From Candidatus Avilachnospira avicola (lineage in GTDB: Bacteria > Bacillota > Clostridia > Lachnospirales > Lachnospiraceae): a DNA stretch of 64,000 bases. The notes under the pieces are model-generated. The model had not been told where the DNA came from. It saw only the letters and a program-made list of their open reading frames with translations, and did not search any database. Made by a program: the position numbers and the translations under genes. The DNA lies in contig DVNQ01000044.1 in assembly GCA_018714245.1 (NCBI GenBank), positions 1,897-65,896 on the forward strand, written 5' to 3'. Each line of letters opens with the position of its first letter. The first letter of the stretch is position 1. Positions 47,438 through 57,841 of the stretch are shown one piece after another.

Positions 47438-48523
47438 TCAGGCTGCTGATCCATTAATTTTCAGAAGTTTTGCAGCCTGATCTGCAGTGGAAAGCGCGGT
47501 TATCAGTTCATCCAGGTCACCGTCTATGATCGAGTCTATCTTATATAATGTGAGCTTTATCCTGTGATCCGTGACCCTTCCCTGTGGAAAATTGTAAGTC
47601 CGGATCTTTTCGGACCTGTCTCCGGAGCCTATCTGTGAGCGTCTGAGGTCATCCTCCTCGTTATGCTTTTTCTCAAGCTCAAGTTCATACAATCTGGCCC
47701 GCAGCACCTTGAGCGCCTTGTCCTTGTTTTTCAGCTGAGATTTTTCATCCTGACAGGATATGACTATCCCTGAGGGATAATGGGTCAGCCTCACTGCAGA
47801 GTCCGTGGTATTTACGCACTGTCCCCCGTTTCCGGAAGCCCGGAACACGTCCCAGTGTATATCCTCTGGATTGATGACCACATCCACCTCTTCAGCCTCC
47901 GGCATGACCGCTACTGTAGCCGTGGAGGTATGTATCCTTCCTCCGGATTCGGTCTCCGGTACCCTCTGTACTCTGTGGACCCCGGATTCATATTTGAGCC
48001 TGGAATAGGCTCCCCTTCCATTTATCATGAAGGTGATCTCCTTGAAACCTCCAAGTCCGTTTTCATTGAAGGACACAAGCTCCGTCTTCCAGTCATTGCG
48101 GGCAGCAAAATTAGTGTACATCCGGTAAAGGTCCGCAGCAAACAGTGCTGATTCATCTCCTCCGACTCCTGCCCTGATCTCCATGACGATGTTCTTGTCA
48201 TCATTGGGATCCTTCGGCAAAAGGAGTATGTTGATCCTGTCTTCGAACTCCTTGAGCTGTCTCTTTGCCTCCGAAAGCTCCTCCTTGCAGAGGGCCCGAA
48301 GCTCCGGATCATTTTCGCTCTGAAGCATGGACAGAGCATCCGCTTCATTTTTCTCCGCAGTTCTGTATCCCTCGTAGGCCTCAACTATCGGAAGCAGCTC
48401 CGACTGTTCCTTCATCAAAAGCCTGAGCTTGTCAGGAGAGGATGCCGTATCCGGTTCCTGCAGTTCTTTAAGAAGCTCTTCATATCTAATTATGATCTCA
48501 TTAAGCTTATCGGAAATGATCAT
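47438..48523 (-). CDS. prfA: Peptide chain release factor 1
   Basis: GGQ motif ([16 protein letters not shown]), 361 aa, followed by prmC. Confidence 0.97.
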   Translation of the reverse strand: MIISDKLNEIIIRYEELLKELQEPDTASSPDKLRLLMKEQSELLPIVEAYEGYRTAEKNEADALSMLQSENDPELRALCKEELSEAKRQLKEFEDRINILLLPKDPNDDKNIVMEIRAGVGGDESALFAADLYRMYTNFAARNDWKTELVSFNENGLGGFKEITFMINGRGAYSRLKYESGVHRVQRVPETESGGRIHTSTATVAVMPEAEEVDVVINPEDIHWDVFRASGNGGQCVNTTDSAVRLTHYPSGIVISCQDEKSQLKNKDKALKVLRARLYELELEKKHNEEDDLRRSQIGSGDRSEKIRTYNFPQGRVTDHRIKLTLYKIDSIIDGDLDELITALSTADQAAKLLKINGSAA

Positions 48524-49383
48524 GATCCAATACCCGCATGGACTACCCTGTCATTGCCGCAGTAGTCCTTATATATCTTTATATCCTTATAACCTGCCCC
48601 GGAAAGTATATCCCTTACCTCCGGGCCCTGGTCACTGCCTATCTCAAGATAAAGCCTTCCGCCCTTATTAAGGACTGAAAATGCTTCCTCCGCTATGATC
48701 CTGTAAAAATGAAGCCCATCCTCCATTCCGCTGAGGGCCCCTCTGGGTTCATGATCCCTGACCTCCGGCTCCAGTGTTGCTATGACATCGTCTCTTATAT
48801 AAGGAGGATTTGATACCAGTATGTCAAAGCCCTCCAGGCTTTCCTGCTTCATCAGGGCTTCCAGTCCTGAAAACATGTCTGATCTGTAAAAGGAGACATT
48901 CTTAGCCCCAAGGGCCTCCCGGTTCTTTTCTGCAGTTCCAAGCGCAGCTTCCGAGATATCTGTGCCGATCACCTTTCCGTATCCTCCAAGCACACCCAGG
49001 GCCAGGGCTATGGCCCCTGAACCTGTGCAGAGATCAAGCAGGCTGATGTCCTTTTGCGGATTATCCGAAAGCACCAGCTCACAGAGAAGCTCCGTATCCT
49101 GCCTGGGGATAAGCACGGAGCTGTCCACATTAAACCGAAGTCCCATGAACTCCGTATAGCCCATCACATACTGAAGGGGCTCTCTGCCTGCTCTCCTTCC
49201 GATCAGATCAAGGAAAGCATCTTCCGTATACTTTTCTGCCTCCCTTTCCATAACGGAGAGATAGCCTGCCGTATCGATGCCCAGTACATGGCACAGAAGA
49301 ATCCTTGAATCAAGCCCGGCTTCAGCTATGCCGCTGTCAGAAAGGATCCCGGCTCCTTTTTTCTGAAGCTCCCGAAGCCTCAT
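48520..49383 (-). CDS. prmC: Release factor glutamine methyltransferase
   Basis: NPPY motif (VSNPPYI) and SAM motif [11 protein letters not shown]. Overlaps prfA by 4 nt. Confidence 0.94.
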   Translation of the reverse strand: MRLRELQKKGAGILSDSGIAEAGLDSRILLCHVLGIDTAGYLSVMEREAEKYTEDAFLDLIGRRAGREPLQYVMGYTEFMGLRFNVDSSVLIPRQDTELLCELVLSDNPQKDISLLDLCTGSGAIALALGVLGGYGKVIGTDISEAALGTAEKNREALGAKNVSFYRSDMFSGLEALMKQESLEGFDILVSNPPYIRDDVIATLEPEVRDHEPRGALSGMEDGLHFYRIIAEEAFSVLNKGGRLYLEIGSDQGPEVRDILSGAGYKDIKIYKDYCGNDRVVHAGIGS

Positions 49384-50381
49384 GAAACTGCCTCCGAAAG
49401 GGATCTCTCTTCTGCCTTTTTTAGAAGCTCCCTTCCCAGGCTGTCCGGACCTTCAGGGAAGTTCTCAGTCTCATATGTCTTCCAGTCAAAAACTGCCTCA
49501 ACGGCTTTTATGGCCACCTCTATCATGCTGTCATCCGGTTCCTTGGTGGTAAGCTCCTGCATCCAGAGCCCTGGCTTTGATATAAGGTTCATAAGTGCAT
49601 TGTCATGCTTGCCTGCAGCCATAAGGACTTCATAGCTGACTCCCGCGATCACCGGAATAAGGAGTATCCTTGAAAGGAACCTGAGGAGTATGCCGTCTAC
49701 CCTTATGACCATAAAAAACAGTATGCTTATGATCATTACGAGAAAGATAAAGCTGGTACCGCAGCGCTTATGCTGTTTTGAAGACACAGCCACATTGTCT
49801 ACCGTAAGGGGAAGCCCGTGCTCAATGCAGTTTATGCATTTATGCTCGGCTCCATGATACATGAAGGTACGCCTGATGTCCTCAGTGCGTGACACCAGCT
49901 TAATATACAAGATGAATATGGCTACTCTTATGACGCCCTCGATAAGCGACATGACAGTATCATTGCTGACAAACTGTCTGAGTGCCCCTGCAATGACCAG
50001 GGGAAGCCACATGAATATCACTATGGCAAGGACAAATGCAAGGACCATGGAAAAGGTCATGATCACACTGTCCAGTCTATCTCCGAACCTCTTCTCCAGC
50101 CAGAGCTCAAACTTTGAAGGCTTGCTGTCCTCGTCATCTTCAAAAAATGAAGCTGAATACATGAGGGTGTTCATACCGATATACATGGACTCGGCAAAGG
50201 ATACCACTCCCCTTATCAGGGGAAGCCTGGCCCATGCATGCTTTTTCCCAAAGCTCACATATTCTTCTGTCTTTACTTCTATGTCTCCGTCAGGCTTCCG
50301 GACACCCACGGCATATCTGTCGCCGTTTTTCATCATGATGCCCTCTATGACTGCCTGACCGCCTATACCGCTGTATTTCAT
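49380..50381 (-). CDS. DUF1385-family membrane protein (YqhQ-like)
   Basis: GIGGQAVIEGIMM N-terminal motif and HGAEHK. The start is set to the ATG at 50381 (GGAG 4 nt upstream); the ATG at 50399 is an alternative. Confidence 0.82.
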   Translation of the reverse strand: MKYSGIGGQAVIEGIMMKNGDRYAVGVRKPDGDIEVKTEEYVSFGKKHAWARLPLIRGVVSFAESMYIGMNTLMYSASFFEDDEDSKPSKFELWLEKRFGDRLDSVIMTFSMVLAFVLAIVIFMWLPLVIAGALRQFVSNDTVMSLIEGVIRVAIFILYIKLVSRTEDIRRTFMYHGAEHKCINCIEHGLPLTVDNVAVSSKQHKRCGTSFIFLVMIISILFFMVIRVDGILLRFLSRILLIPVIAGVSYEVLMAAGKHDNALMNLISKPGLWMQELTTKEPDDSMIEVAIKAVEAVFDWKTYETENFPEGPDSLGRELLKKAEERSLSEAVS

Positions 50382-50399
50382 AAAACTCCGTAATAGCAT

Positions 50400-50427
50400 A
50401 AAGGACCGAGCAATTTTGCCCGGTCCC
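50400..50427 (-). terminator. Hairpin (weak terminator/attenuator) after rpmE
   Basis: The minus strand reads GGACCGGGCAA-AAT-TTGCTCGGTCC with one G-U pair, then only TTT. Probably a partial terminator. Confidence 0.4.
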
Positions 50428-50445
50428 CTGATCGATCCTGTTAAA

Positions 50446-50652
50446 TTACTTGGCTGCAGTTCCGTACTTCTTGTTGAACGCCTCGATACGTCCGCGGGCT
50501 GCTGCTGCCTTTTCCTTACCTGTATAGAACGGATGGCACTTGGAGCAGACTTCCACAGTGATGCTCGGCTTAGTGGATCCGGTTACGAATGTATTTCCGC
50601 AATGGCAGGTAACTGTTGCCTGATAGTACTTAGGCTGTATATCCTGTTTCAT
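50446..50652 (-). CDS. rpmE: 50S ribosomal protein L31 (zinc-ribbon form)
   Basis: MKQDIQPKYY..., CHCG...CSKCHPFYTG. The start is set to the ATG at 50652, 9 nt after GAGGAG; the track start at 50658 is a TTG. Confidence 0.95.
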   Translation of the reverse strand: MKQDIQPKYYQATVTCHCGNTFVTGSTKPSITVEVCSKCHPFYTGKEKAAAARGRIEAFNKKYGTAAK

Positions 50653-50677
50653 CTTCAAAGTCTCCTCTCTTAAAAAG

Positions 50678-51070
50678 TTATCTCTTAGAGAACTGAGGAG
50701 CCTTACGTGCCTTCTTGAGGCCGTACTTCTTACGCTCCTTCATACGGGAATCTCTGGTAAGATATCCTTCCTTCTTGAGCAGAGGCCTGTTCTCGCTGTC
50801 CTCCTGAAGCAGAGCGCGTGAAAGGCCGTGCCTGATGGCTCCTGCCTGTCCGCTGATGCCGCCGCCGCGTACAGTGACCTTGACATCAAACTTGCCTTCA
50901 TTGCCGGTTGCTGCCAGGGGCTGACGAACGATGACCTTCAGGGTCTCAAGTCCGAAATACTCATCTATGGACTTACCGTTTACGGTGATGACACCTGTAC
51001 CGGGAGTAACGAATACTCTGGCTACTGATTTCTTTCTGCGGCCTGTGCCGTAATATGTGATGGCTGCCAT
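50678..51070 (-). CDS. rpsI: 30S ribosomal protein S9
   Basis: 130 aa with a C-terminal [17 protein letters not shown]. Confidence 0.97.
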   Translation of the reverse strand: MAAITYYGTGRRKKSVARVFVTPGTGVITVNGKSIDEYFGLETLKVIVRQPLAATGNEGKFDVKVTVRGGGISGQAGAIRHGLSRALLQEDSENRPLLKKEGYLTRDSRMKERKKYGLKKARKAPQFSKR

Positions 51071-51088
51071 GTCTTATCCTCCTTCCGA

Positions 51089-51517
51089 TCAAAATTCCAG
51101 CACTTCAGGCTTCTGAGCTGCGTGCTTGTGCTCGGGTCCGCAATATACAAAAAGCTTCTTGTACATCTGGTTGCCGAGTGCTCCCTTGGGAAGCATACCC
51201 TTTACGGCGTGCTCGATAACTCTCTCGGGATGCTTCTCAGTCATCTCCTTAAGGGTAACGATCTTTGTGCCGCCGATATAATCGGAATGGCTGAAGTAAG
51301 TCTTCTGAGCCATCTTCTTGCCGGTAACGGCAAACTTCTCTGCATTTACTATGATCACATAATCTCCGCAGTCAAGGAAGGGAGTATATGTGGGCTTGTT
51401 CTTTCCTCTGAGGACCTTAGCCACCTCGGATGCAAGACGTCCGAGAGTCTTTCCGGTCGCATCCACCACGTACCACTTTCTCTCGATGGTAGAAGCCGTA
51501 GCAACATAACTCTTCAT
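51089..51517 (-). CDS. rplM: 50S ribosomal protein L13
   Basis: 142 aa, [20 protein letters not shown]-terminus. Confidence 0.97.
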   Translation of the reverse strand: MKSYVATASTIERKWYVVDATGKTLGRLASEVAKVLRGKNKPTYTPFLDCGDYVIIVNAEKFAVTGKKMAQKTYFSHSDYIGGTKIVTLKEMTEKHPERVIEHAVKGMLPKGALGNQMYKKLFVYCGPEHKHAAQKPEVLEF

Positions 51518-51632
51518 GTTGAAACTCCTGTAATATCAATAAACAAATTGTCAAAAGATCTCACAAATGCGTCTACCGGGGCTGTGGTTTCTGCATTTAA
51601 AAAAGCGCTGTTATCCATAAAGCAGCTTTTAT

Positions 51633-51661
51633 ATTATAATGAAACACCAAAATGATGTCAA
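51633..51661 (-). promoter_or_regulatory. Consensus sigma-A promoter for rplM-rpsI
   Basis: The minus strand reads TTGACA-17 nt-TATAAT exactly, about 115 nt upstream of the rplM ATG. Confidence 0.7.
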
Positions 51662-51759
51662 CGAGTTTTATAGCAAAATAAAGAAAATTTTCGGATGTAT
51701 CAGGATAAGGACAGCCTGCCCTTGCGGCAGCTGTCCCTATTTTAACAGCTATTTACCAA

Positions 51760-52929
51760 TTATAAATAAAAATCCGACTGACAGTACTGGATCTCCCCTT
51801 CTATCATGGTAAGCTTCGGGAGGATCAGCCTGCTGCACTCTATCTCCTCATCTCTGAAATCCTTCTGTACATACTTTTTATCTTTGATCTCAAAGATGGC
51901 GATATCAGCCAGAGATCCTGGCTTAAGGGATCCTATCCTGTCAGAAAGTCCCATGATCTTTGCAGGAACACAGGTCACTGCCTTTAGTATGGTCATAAGA
52001 TCCACTCCCATAGCCAGGTATTTCGACATTACATGAAGCAGGTTCTTATCATAAGGCGGCATGTTGAATTTATCAACGGTAAGATCCGAGGATATGATAT
52101 CGGGAAGGAATCCTTTTTCGATGGCTGCTCTTGCCGTCTTAAGGCCAAAATTGCCCTTTCCGTTTGCCGCATCGAAAAGCACGCCTCTCTCCCTGGCCTC
52201 AAGCACGCCCTTATCTATATCGCCGTTTTCATCAATGATGGTATTGCCTGCACCCTGATAGCAGTGGCAGAAAATATCTCCCTTTCTCAGGCATTTCGCC
52301 AGCTCGCCTGCAGGAACCGGAGAATCTGTCGTATGGACACATACCCTGAGGTCCGTTCCGAGCCGGTCATTGATCTCATCAGCAAGCCTGACAACCGCCT
52401 TCAGATATTCAGCACCCGTTTCATCCGGAACCACACCCTTTGAAAGCCTTATCTTAAATCCGAGGATATTGTCCCTGTACGTATCCACCAGTCTTTCTAT
52501 CTTGTCAAGATTGTAAAGCCTCGGATCAAAATCCTCGCAGAGCTTAGGATCCAGCTGTCCTCCGGCATAAAGTGTAAGAAAGGATTTGATCTTAAGCATC
52601 GTAGCTGAAACGACGGATCTGTAAAAGGCTTCAAATGTGGCTGTTCCAGCGCTTCCCGCGTCGACGGCTGCAGTAGTACCCTGGGCTATCATCATATCGG
52701 GATGTATGCAGATATTGCTTCCCTCATGAAAAATATGAGTATGGAAATCTATAAGTCCCGGTGTCACTATCATGCCCTCGGCATTGATCACACGGTCAGG
52801 CCCGCATTCTGCTTCGCCCTCATCAGCCTCCACTATCCTCATGTTCCGGATATAAATGTCCCTTATACTGTCGGTGCCTTCCAGAGGATCCAGCACCCGG
52901 CCTCCCCTGATGACATAATCTACTTTCAT
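51760..52929 (-). CDS. Metal-dependent amidohydrolase (dihydroorotase/deacetylase-like superfamily)
   Basis: GLIDFHTHIF metal-binding motif, VDAGSAG, and a later HCYQG. The start is set to the ATG at 52929, 6 nt after AAGGAG; the track ATG at 52950 contains that RBS within its coding sequence. Confidence 0.85.
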   Translation of the reverse strand: MKVDYVIRGGRVLDPLEGTDSIRDIYIRNMRIVEADEGEAECGPDRVINAEGMIVTPGLIDFHTHIFHEGSNICIHPDMMIAQGTTAAVDAGSAGTATFEAFYRSVVSATMLKIKSFLTLYAGGQLDPKLCEDFDPRLYNLDKIERLVDTYRDNILGFKIRLSKGVVPDETGAEYLKAVVRLADEINDRLGTDLRVCVHTTDSPVPAGELAKCLRKGDIFCHCYQGAGNTIIDENGDIDKGVLEARERGVLFDAANGKGNFGLKTARAAIEKGFLPDIISSDLTVDKFNMPPYDKNLLHVMSKYLAMGVDLMTILKAVTCVPAKIMGLSDRIGSLKPGSLADIAIFEIKDKKYVQKDFRDEEIECSRLILPKLTMIEGEIQYCQSDFYL

Positions 52930-53015
52930 CTGTATCTCCTTAAAAATCAAACAGGCACATCATATCACATTCCGCTCAATGATGTGCCCTTTTTTTCAGT
53001 GATCTTACAAGATCA

Positions 53016-54329
53016 TCATACTATACCCATGGTGCCGAGTATGCATGCAAGTATGGCACAGCAGAATGGCATTATCGCACAGGTTATGAATACATGGATA
53101 TATGTATCTCTCTGTGATGTTTTTGCTATCTGGTTGCATACGACCATTCCTGAAGCATGGGGCATGGCATCAAATCCTGAAGAAGCGATACATACTACCC
53201 TGTGCAGCATCGAAAGGTTCAGTCCTGAAGAAGCAAGATATTCTCCCATGGAACCGAGGAATATATTGAGTCCGCCTGCTGAAGATCCGGTGATCGCAGC
53301 AATGACATTGATCGCAATCAGAGCGGTTATGAGCGGATTTGCTTCCATATTTACAAGAGCATTTGCTATGTTCTCATATGCAGGAGACGCAGATACGACT
53401 GATCCGAATCCCATGATGGATGAAGTAGCTATCAGAGATCCAAGTCCTCCTCCTGCACCGCCTGATACGGCTTCCTTTATATCAAGCTTATCACGATAAA
53501 GTATGCATCCGACTATTATCGCACAGGTCATGGCAAGTGCTACGGCATAGGTCGAAGGTATCTCAGTCGTGAACTGTATGCCGAACATCAGGACCAGCAG
53601 AACAACTATCGGCGCAAAGCAGGCACCTATGGGCGGAGTCTTTCCTTCATCAGCGGCGCTCAGATCCATTATGTCCTCTCCCGGGCTTGCCTCAAAATGT
53701 TCACCGCGGGCCTTTGATCTCCTGATCTGCCAGTTAAGATACAGGTAGGCGGATATAAACATTATCACTGAGCAGATGATACCAATTACAGGTCCTGCAT
53801 AGGCAGTAGTTCCGAAATAGGTTGTCGGTATCAGGTTCTGCGTGGAAGGTGATCCGGGAAGCATCGCCATGCATACGGTAACAGGACAGACCATAATAGT
53901 CGCCACTATCAGCTTTTTGGAAATATCTGCCTTCTGGAACAGTGCCACAGCTATGGGATACAGTGAAAATGCTATGATGAATGTACCTATTCCGCCATAG
54001 GAAAGTATCAGGCCTGTTATCATGATAACAAGAACGACTGATTTTTCCCCAAGCAGCTTAAGCATCCTGTTGGCTATACCCACAGAAGCACCGCTGTCTC
54101 CCATGACCTTTCCGAATATGGCTCCCAGCATGAAAAGCAGGAACCAGCTTCCGGCAAAGCTTGTCATCCCTGACATAAAGCTTTCACTGAGAGCTGTCAC
54201 CGGATCCATTCCGTTAAACAGAATAACGATCAGCGCACCAGCCAATGAAACGATGGCCATATGCCAGTTTTTCCAGATCAGGGCGATAACGCATACTATC
54301 GCCAGGATCAATCCTAAAACTCCTAACAT
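53016..54329 (-). CDS. GntP-family (gluconate/organic-acid:H+ symporter-like) permease
   Basis: 437 aa with about 12 TM helices. The N-terminal pattern LLFMLGAIFGKVMGDSGAS resembles GntP permeases. GGAGGGGG RBS. Confidence 0.75.
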   Translation of the reverse strand: MLGVLGLILAIVCVIALIWKNWHMAIVSLAGALIVILFNGMDPVTALSESFMSGMTSFAGSWFLLFMLGAIFGKVMGDSGASVGIANRMLKLLGEKSVVLVIMITGLILSYGGIGTFIIAFSLYPIAVALFQKADISKKLIVATIMVCPVTVCMAMLPGSPSTQNLIPTTYFGTTAYAGPVIGIICSVIMFISAYLYLNWQIRRSKARGEHFEASPGEDIMDLSAADEGKTPPIGACFAPIVVLLVLMFGIQFTTEIPSTYAVALAMTCAIIVGCILYRDKLDIKEAVSGGAGGGLGSLIATSSIMGFGSVVSASPAYENIANALVNMEANPLITALIAINVIAAITGSSAGGLNIFLGSMGEYLASSGLNLSMLHRVVCIASSGFDAMPHASGMVVCNQIAKTSQRDTYIHVFITCAIMPFCCAILACILGTMGIV

Positions 54330-54368
54330 ATCTTTCCCCCTCCATTTCTTTTGAAGTTTGATGATATG

Positions 54369-54386
54369 TTAACATTCTTTTGTTAA
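54369..54386. promoter_or_regulatory. Candidate LysR box in divergent intergenic region
   Basis: TTAAC-N8-GTTAA inverted repeat (fits the T-N11-A pattern) overlapping the perfect palindrome ATGTTAACAT. It lies between the GntP and LysR genes. Confidence 0.35.
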
Positions 54387-54526
54387 AATCTGAACTTAAT
54401 ATTCTATCTGTTTGTAAGAAGTTTATCTTCTTACTATATATCTTTTTTCGAAATGTTTTTGTATAATATATACAAGTCACTTTTCAATAAATGACGAACG
54501 GTTTGCACTTTTATCTAAGGAGAAAA

Positions 54527-55462
54527 ATGGATACAAGACAGCTCAGATATATAAAGGAGATCGCTGAAAGCGGGAGCATTTCAAAGGCTGCGGAGAAGCT
54601 GTATATTTCTCAGTCCGGTCTTAATCAGCAGCTTATAAGGATAGAAAAGGAACTGGGAATCTCTCTCTTTGACAGAAGCACCCATCATCTCAAAACCACC
54701 GAAGCCGGCGAGATACTTATTCATTATGCAAAGAATGCAATAAACCTGGAAGATCAGATGAAGGGGATGATAGAGGATGTCATAGACGGCAATGCCGGGC
54801 TGATACGCTTAAATCTTGCCATGGAACTTGGCATAGAGCTCTTCGGAAGGATATTTCCAATATTCCAGAAGAAATATCCGAAGGTGGAGATAAGGCTTTA
54901 TGATCATATAGTATATGATCAGTATGATCTTTTACTGAATGGAGAACTGGATATAGGCATGGTTTTTGTAAAGGTACACGACATACCGGAAATGGAATAT
55001 ATCCATCTTACCTCTGAACGTTTCCTGCTGGGAGTTCCGGATAATCATCCTTTGGCAGCTCTGTATGTGCCCACCAATGACGGTGACTATCCGGAGATAG
55101 ACCTTTCGCTCTGCAGAGAGGAACCCTTTTCACTCATGTTTTCAGGCTCTACCTTCCGTCAGGTCATAGATCCCTGTTTTCAGGCACTGGGCTTTGCTCC
55201 CAATGTGATGTTTGAGACCCGAACCAATAACGTAGCAGCCATGATGGTAAAAAGCGGGATCTGCCTTACCATACTTCCTGAATCTCAAGTCAAGCTCTAT
55301 AAGGATATCAAATGGTTCCGCCTTACGGAAAATCCCACCTGGGAGTGCTGTCTCATATATCCCAAGGATCTTCCTCCCAGGAAAGCCGGAAGATATCTTG
55401 TCAAGCTGGCAGTACAGGAAAGCCAGCACCTGAGTGCCACCAGCAGACCCGTCTGGAGTTAA
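54527..55462 (+). CDS. LysR-family transcriptional regulator
   Basis: MDTRQLRYIKEIAESGSISKAAEKLYISQSGLNQQLIRIEKELG winged-HTH. The start is set to the ATG at 54527, after AAGGAGAAAA. Confidence 0.92.
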   Translation: MDTRQLRYIKEIAESGSISKAAEKLYISQSGLNQQLIRIEKELGISLFDRSTHHLKTTEAGEILIHYAKNAINLEDQMKGMIEDVIDGNAGLIRLNLAMELGIELFGRIFPIFQKKYPKVEIRLYDHIVYDQYDLLLNGELDIGMVFVKVHDIPEMEYIHLTSERFLLGVPDNHPLAALYVPTNDGDYPEIDLSLCREEPFSLMFSGSTFRQVIDPCFQALGFAPNVMFETRTNNVAAMMVKSGICLTILPESQVKLYKDIKWFRLTENPTWECCLIYPKDLPPRKAGRYLVKLAVQESQHLSATSRPVWS

Positions 55463-55473
55463 TGGCTTCAGCC

Positions 55474-56133
55474 TTAAAGCTTTCCTTCTTCAAGCTCCGA
55501 GAGCACATCAAGCAGTGAGTCAAAGGTCCTGTCCGTGTATTCTGAAAGCTGCTCTTCGCTGATCACATTGAGATCAGGAATATAAAAGACCCTGGCGCCT
55601 GAGCGGCGTCCTGCCACGATGCCGTTCAGGGAGTCCTCGCAGACCACACAGTCCGAAGGCTCAAGCCCCAGCTCCTCTGCAGCCCTTATGAAGATGTCCG
55701 GCTCAGGCTTTCCGTTTTCTATCATGTCTCCGGTGATGATCACATCAAAGGCATCCGTCATCCCGCTGTCGGAGAGATAAAAATCTGTTACAGGCCTGAA
55801 TGTGGAGGTTGCAAGGGCATTTTTGATACCAAGTTCCCTTAGGCGGGCAGTAAGCTCCCTGGCACCGGGCTTTACCGGGACTCCGTTTTCATGAAGCTCC
55901 CGGTCAACTATCTGCTGCCTTACCCGTCTCGCCTCCCAGTAATCATGGGCACCGGAAAAGTATTCGTCCCATATCCTTTTTCCCGTAGGCTGGCTGGAGC
56001 CTCTCATCATATCTATCAGTTCATCAGGGATCTCATACCCCATTACCTGCGATACCTCATGCCAGCATTTCTTATAAACCTTTTCCGTATCGAATATGGT
56101 CCCGTCCATGTCAAAAAGAAAGGCCTTTGTCAT
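55474..56133 (-). CDS. HAD-superfamily hydrolase (beta-phosphoglucomutase-like subfamily IA)
   Basis: FLFDMDGTIFDTE motif I, a cap-domain region, and a C-terminal EDSLNG motif. Confidence 0.88.
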   Translation of the reverse strand: MTKAFLFDMDGTIFDTEKVYKKCWHEVSQVMGYEIPDELIDMMRGSSQPTGKRIWDEYFSGAHDYWEARRVRQQIVDRELHENGVPVKPGARELTARLRELGIKNALATSTFRPVTDFYLSDSGMTDAFDVIITGDMIENGKPEPDIFIRAAEELGLEPSDCVVCEDSLNGIVAGRRSGARVFYIPDLNVISEEQLSEYTDRTFDSLLDVLSELEEGKL

Positions 56134-56165
56134 ATAAACACCCCCGAACAGCTATCTGTTTATGT

Positions 56166-56981
56166 TTATCCTTCTTGGGATACTCTTTTATCTGTTTCCT
56201 GATCCTCCGGATACTCTATGGAGCAGAGTATCAGTCCCTCCGGGCCTGCAGTCATGCCTGCCTTTTTCCTGTCCCTTGCGTCCAGTATCTCCTGGATGTC
56301 CGATGCTTTCCTTGCTCCGGTCCCTACCTCGATCACCGTACCGCATATGATCCTTACCATATGATAAAGAAAGCCGCTGCCTGAGATCCGGATACGGATC
56401 TCTCCGATCCCTCCAAGGATCCCGGAAGCCTTTTCATCCCAGCTCATGGATGCGTCATATATCGTACGTACCGCATCTCCGCCGCGCAGAAGCACCTGGG
56501 AAGCAGGATTTGCAAAGGACGTAAAATCATGGGTTCCCCTAAGGGTCGCCAGGGCTTCCTTCATAGCCCGGGGATCCAGGCTGTAAGGACAGAAAAAGCT
56601 GTATCTTTTTCTGGTCGGATCCCAGGTACGTCCGTTATAGATACGGTATTCATAGGTCTTTACGGAAGCTCTCTTTCTGGGATGCCAGTCCGAAGGACAG
56701 GCTTCGGAAGCCGTTATGCGGACATCCTCAGGAAGCCTTGCATTGATGGCCATGGCCATGCGTTCAGGCGGTATGCGGCATTCAGTATCAAAGACTGCCA
56801 CATTTGACAGGGCATGTACCCCGCTGTCAGTCCGGCTGGCCCCTATGATGCTTATGGGCTCTCCGCAGGCCAGGGATGCCGCTGAGTCAATGGCTCCCTC
56901 CACCGTTCTTTTGCCGGGAAGCTTCTGAAATCCGCAGAAATCAGTCCCGTCATATGCTATTTTGATCCTGATCCTCGTCAT
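56166..56981 (-). CDS. truA: tRNA pseudouridine(38-40) synthase
   Basis: IKIAYDGTDFCGFQ and the catalytic GASRTDSGVHA motif. Confidence 0.95.
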   Translation of the reverse strand: MTRIRIKIAYDGTDFCGFQKLPGKRTVEGAIDSAASLACGEPISIIGASRTDSGVHALSNVAVFDTECRIPPERMAMAINARLPEDVRITASEACPSDWHPRKRASVKTYEYRIYNGRTWDPTRKRYSFFCPYSLDPRAMKEALATLRGTHDFTSFANPASQVLLRGGDAVRTIYDASMSWDEKASGILGGIGEIRIRISGSGFLYHMVRIICGTVIEVGTGARKASDIQEILDARDRKKAGMTAGPEGLILCSIEYPEDQETDKRVSQEG

Positions 56982-57822
56982 TGAATAGCTTAAGTATCTC
57001 CGTTCTGGCTTCTTCCACCGTGCTCATGCTCTCATCCACCAGGATGCCCTCTCTCCTAAGCTCAGCTGCAAGATAGGTTATCTGTGGAGCCGAAAGCCCC
57101 ATGCGTTCAAGCTCCTTATAATGTCTGAATACCTCTCTGGGCGTATCAAAAAAGCAAAGTCTGCTCTGATCCATGACCAGTAGCCTGTCCGCATATCTGG
57201 CCACATCCTCCATGCTGTGAGATACAAGGAGGATGGTCAGCCCCTTTTCCCTGTGAAGCCGGTCAAGGCACTCCAGTATCTCATCCCTGCCCCTGGGGTC
57301 AAGTCCTGCAGTGGGTTCATCCAGGATCAGCAGGCTGGGCTGCATGGCGAGCACTCCGGCTATGGCTACCCTTCTCTTCTGGCCTCCCGAGATCTCAAAG
57401 GGGCTCCGCTTAAGCAGCTTTTCATCCACCCCCACAAGGCCAAGAGCCTCACGGGCCCTCTTTTCAGCTTCCTCATCCGTAAGACCCATATTCTTCGGAC
57501 CGAATTTTACATCAGTAAGCACGTCCTGTTCAAAGAGCTGATATTCAGGATACTGGAACACCAGTCCCACCTTGGATCTTAAGGCCCTGAGGTCATATCC
57601 CGGAGCAAATATATCTTCACCGTTAAAGTACACCGTCCCGGAGGTAGGCCTTATAAGCCCGTTCAGATGCTGGATCAGCGTGGATTTCCCAGATCCCGTA
57701 TGTCCGATCAGTCCGACAAACATGCCGTCATCTATCTCAAATGACACATCCTTAAGGGCACACGACTCCATGGCCGTGCCCTCCTGATAAATATGCGTCA
57801 GTTTTTCCACCTTCAAAGACAT
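56950..57822 (-). CDS. ecfA2: Energy-coupling factor transporter ATPase (EcfA2 type)
   Basis: Walker A GHTGSGKST, signature ISGGQKRRVAIAG, Walker B LILDEPTAGLD, and a C-terminal LSAPQITYLA helix typical of EcfA'. Confidence 0.88.
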   Translation of the reverse strand: MSLKVEKLTHIYQEGTAMESCALKDVSFEIDDGMFVGLIGHTGSGKSTLIQHLNGLIRPTSGTVYFNGEDIFAPGYDLRALRSKVGLVFQYPEYQLFEQDVLTDVKFGPKNMGLTDEEAEKRAREALGLVGVDEKLLKRSPFEISGGQKRRVAIAGVLAMQPSLLILDEPTAGLDPRGRDEILECLDRLHREKGLTILLVSHSMEDVARYADRLLVMDQSRLCFFDTPREVFRHYKELERMGLSAPQITYLAAELRREGILVDESMSTVEEARTEILKLFNDEDQDQNSI

Positions 57823-57841
57823 AGCTTCAACTCTCCATATC

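Noticed and set aside
54214-54480. 88-aa minus-strand ORF in the GntP-LysR intergenic region
   Set aside because: It overlaps the GntP start and the divergent promoter/LysR-box region. It is AT-rich with no RBS, so it is a chance ORF.
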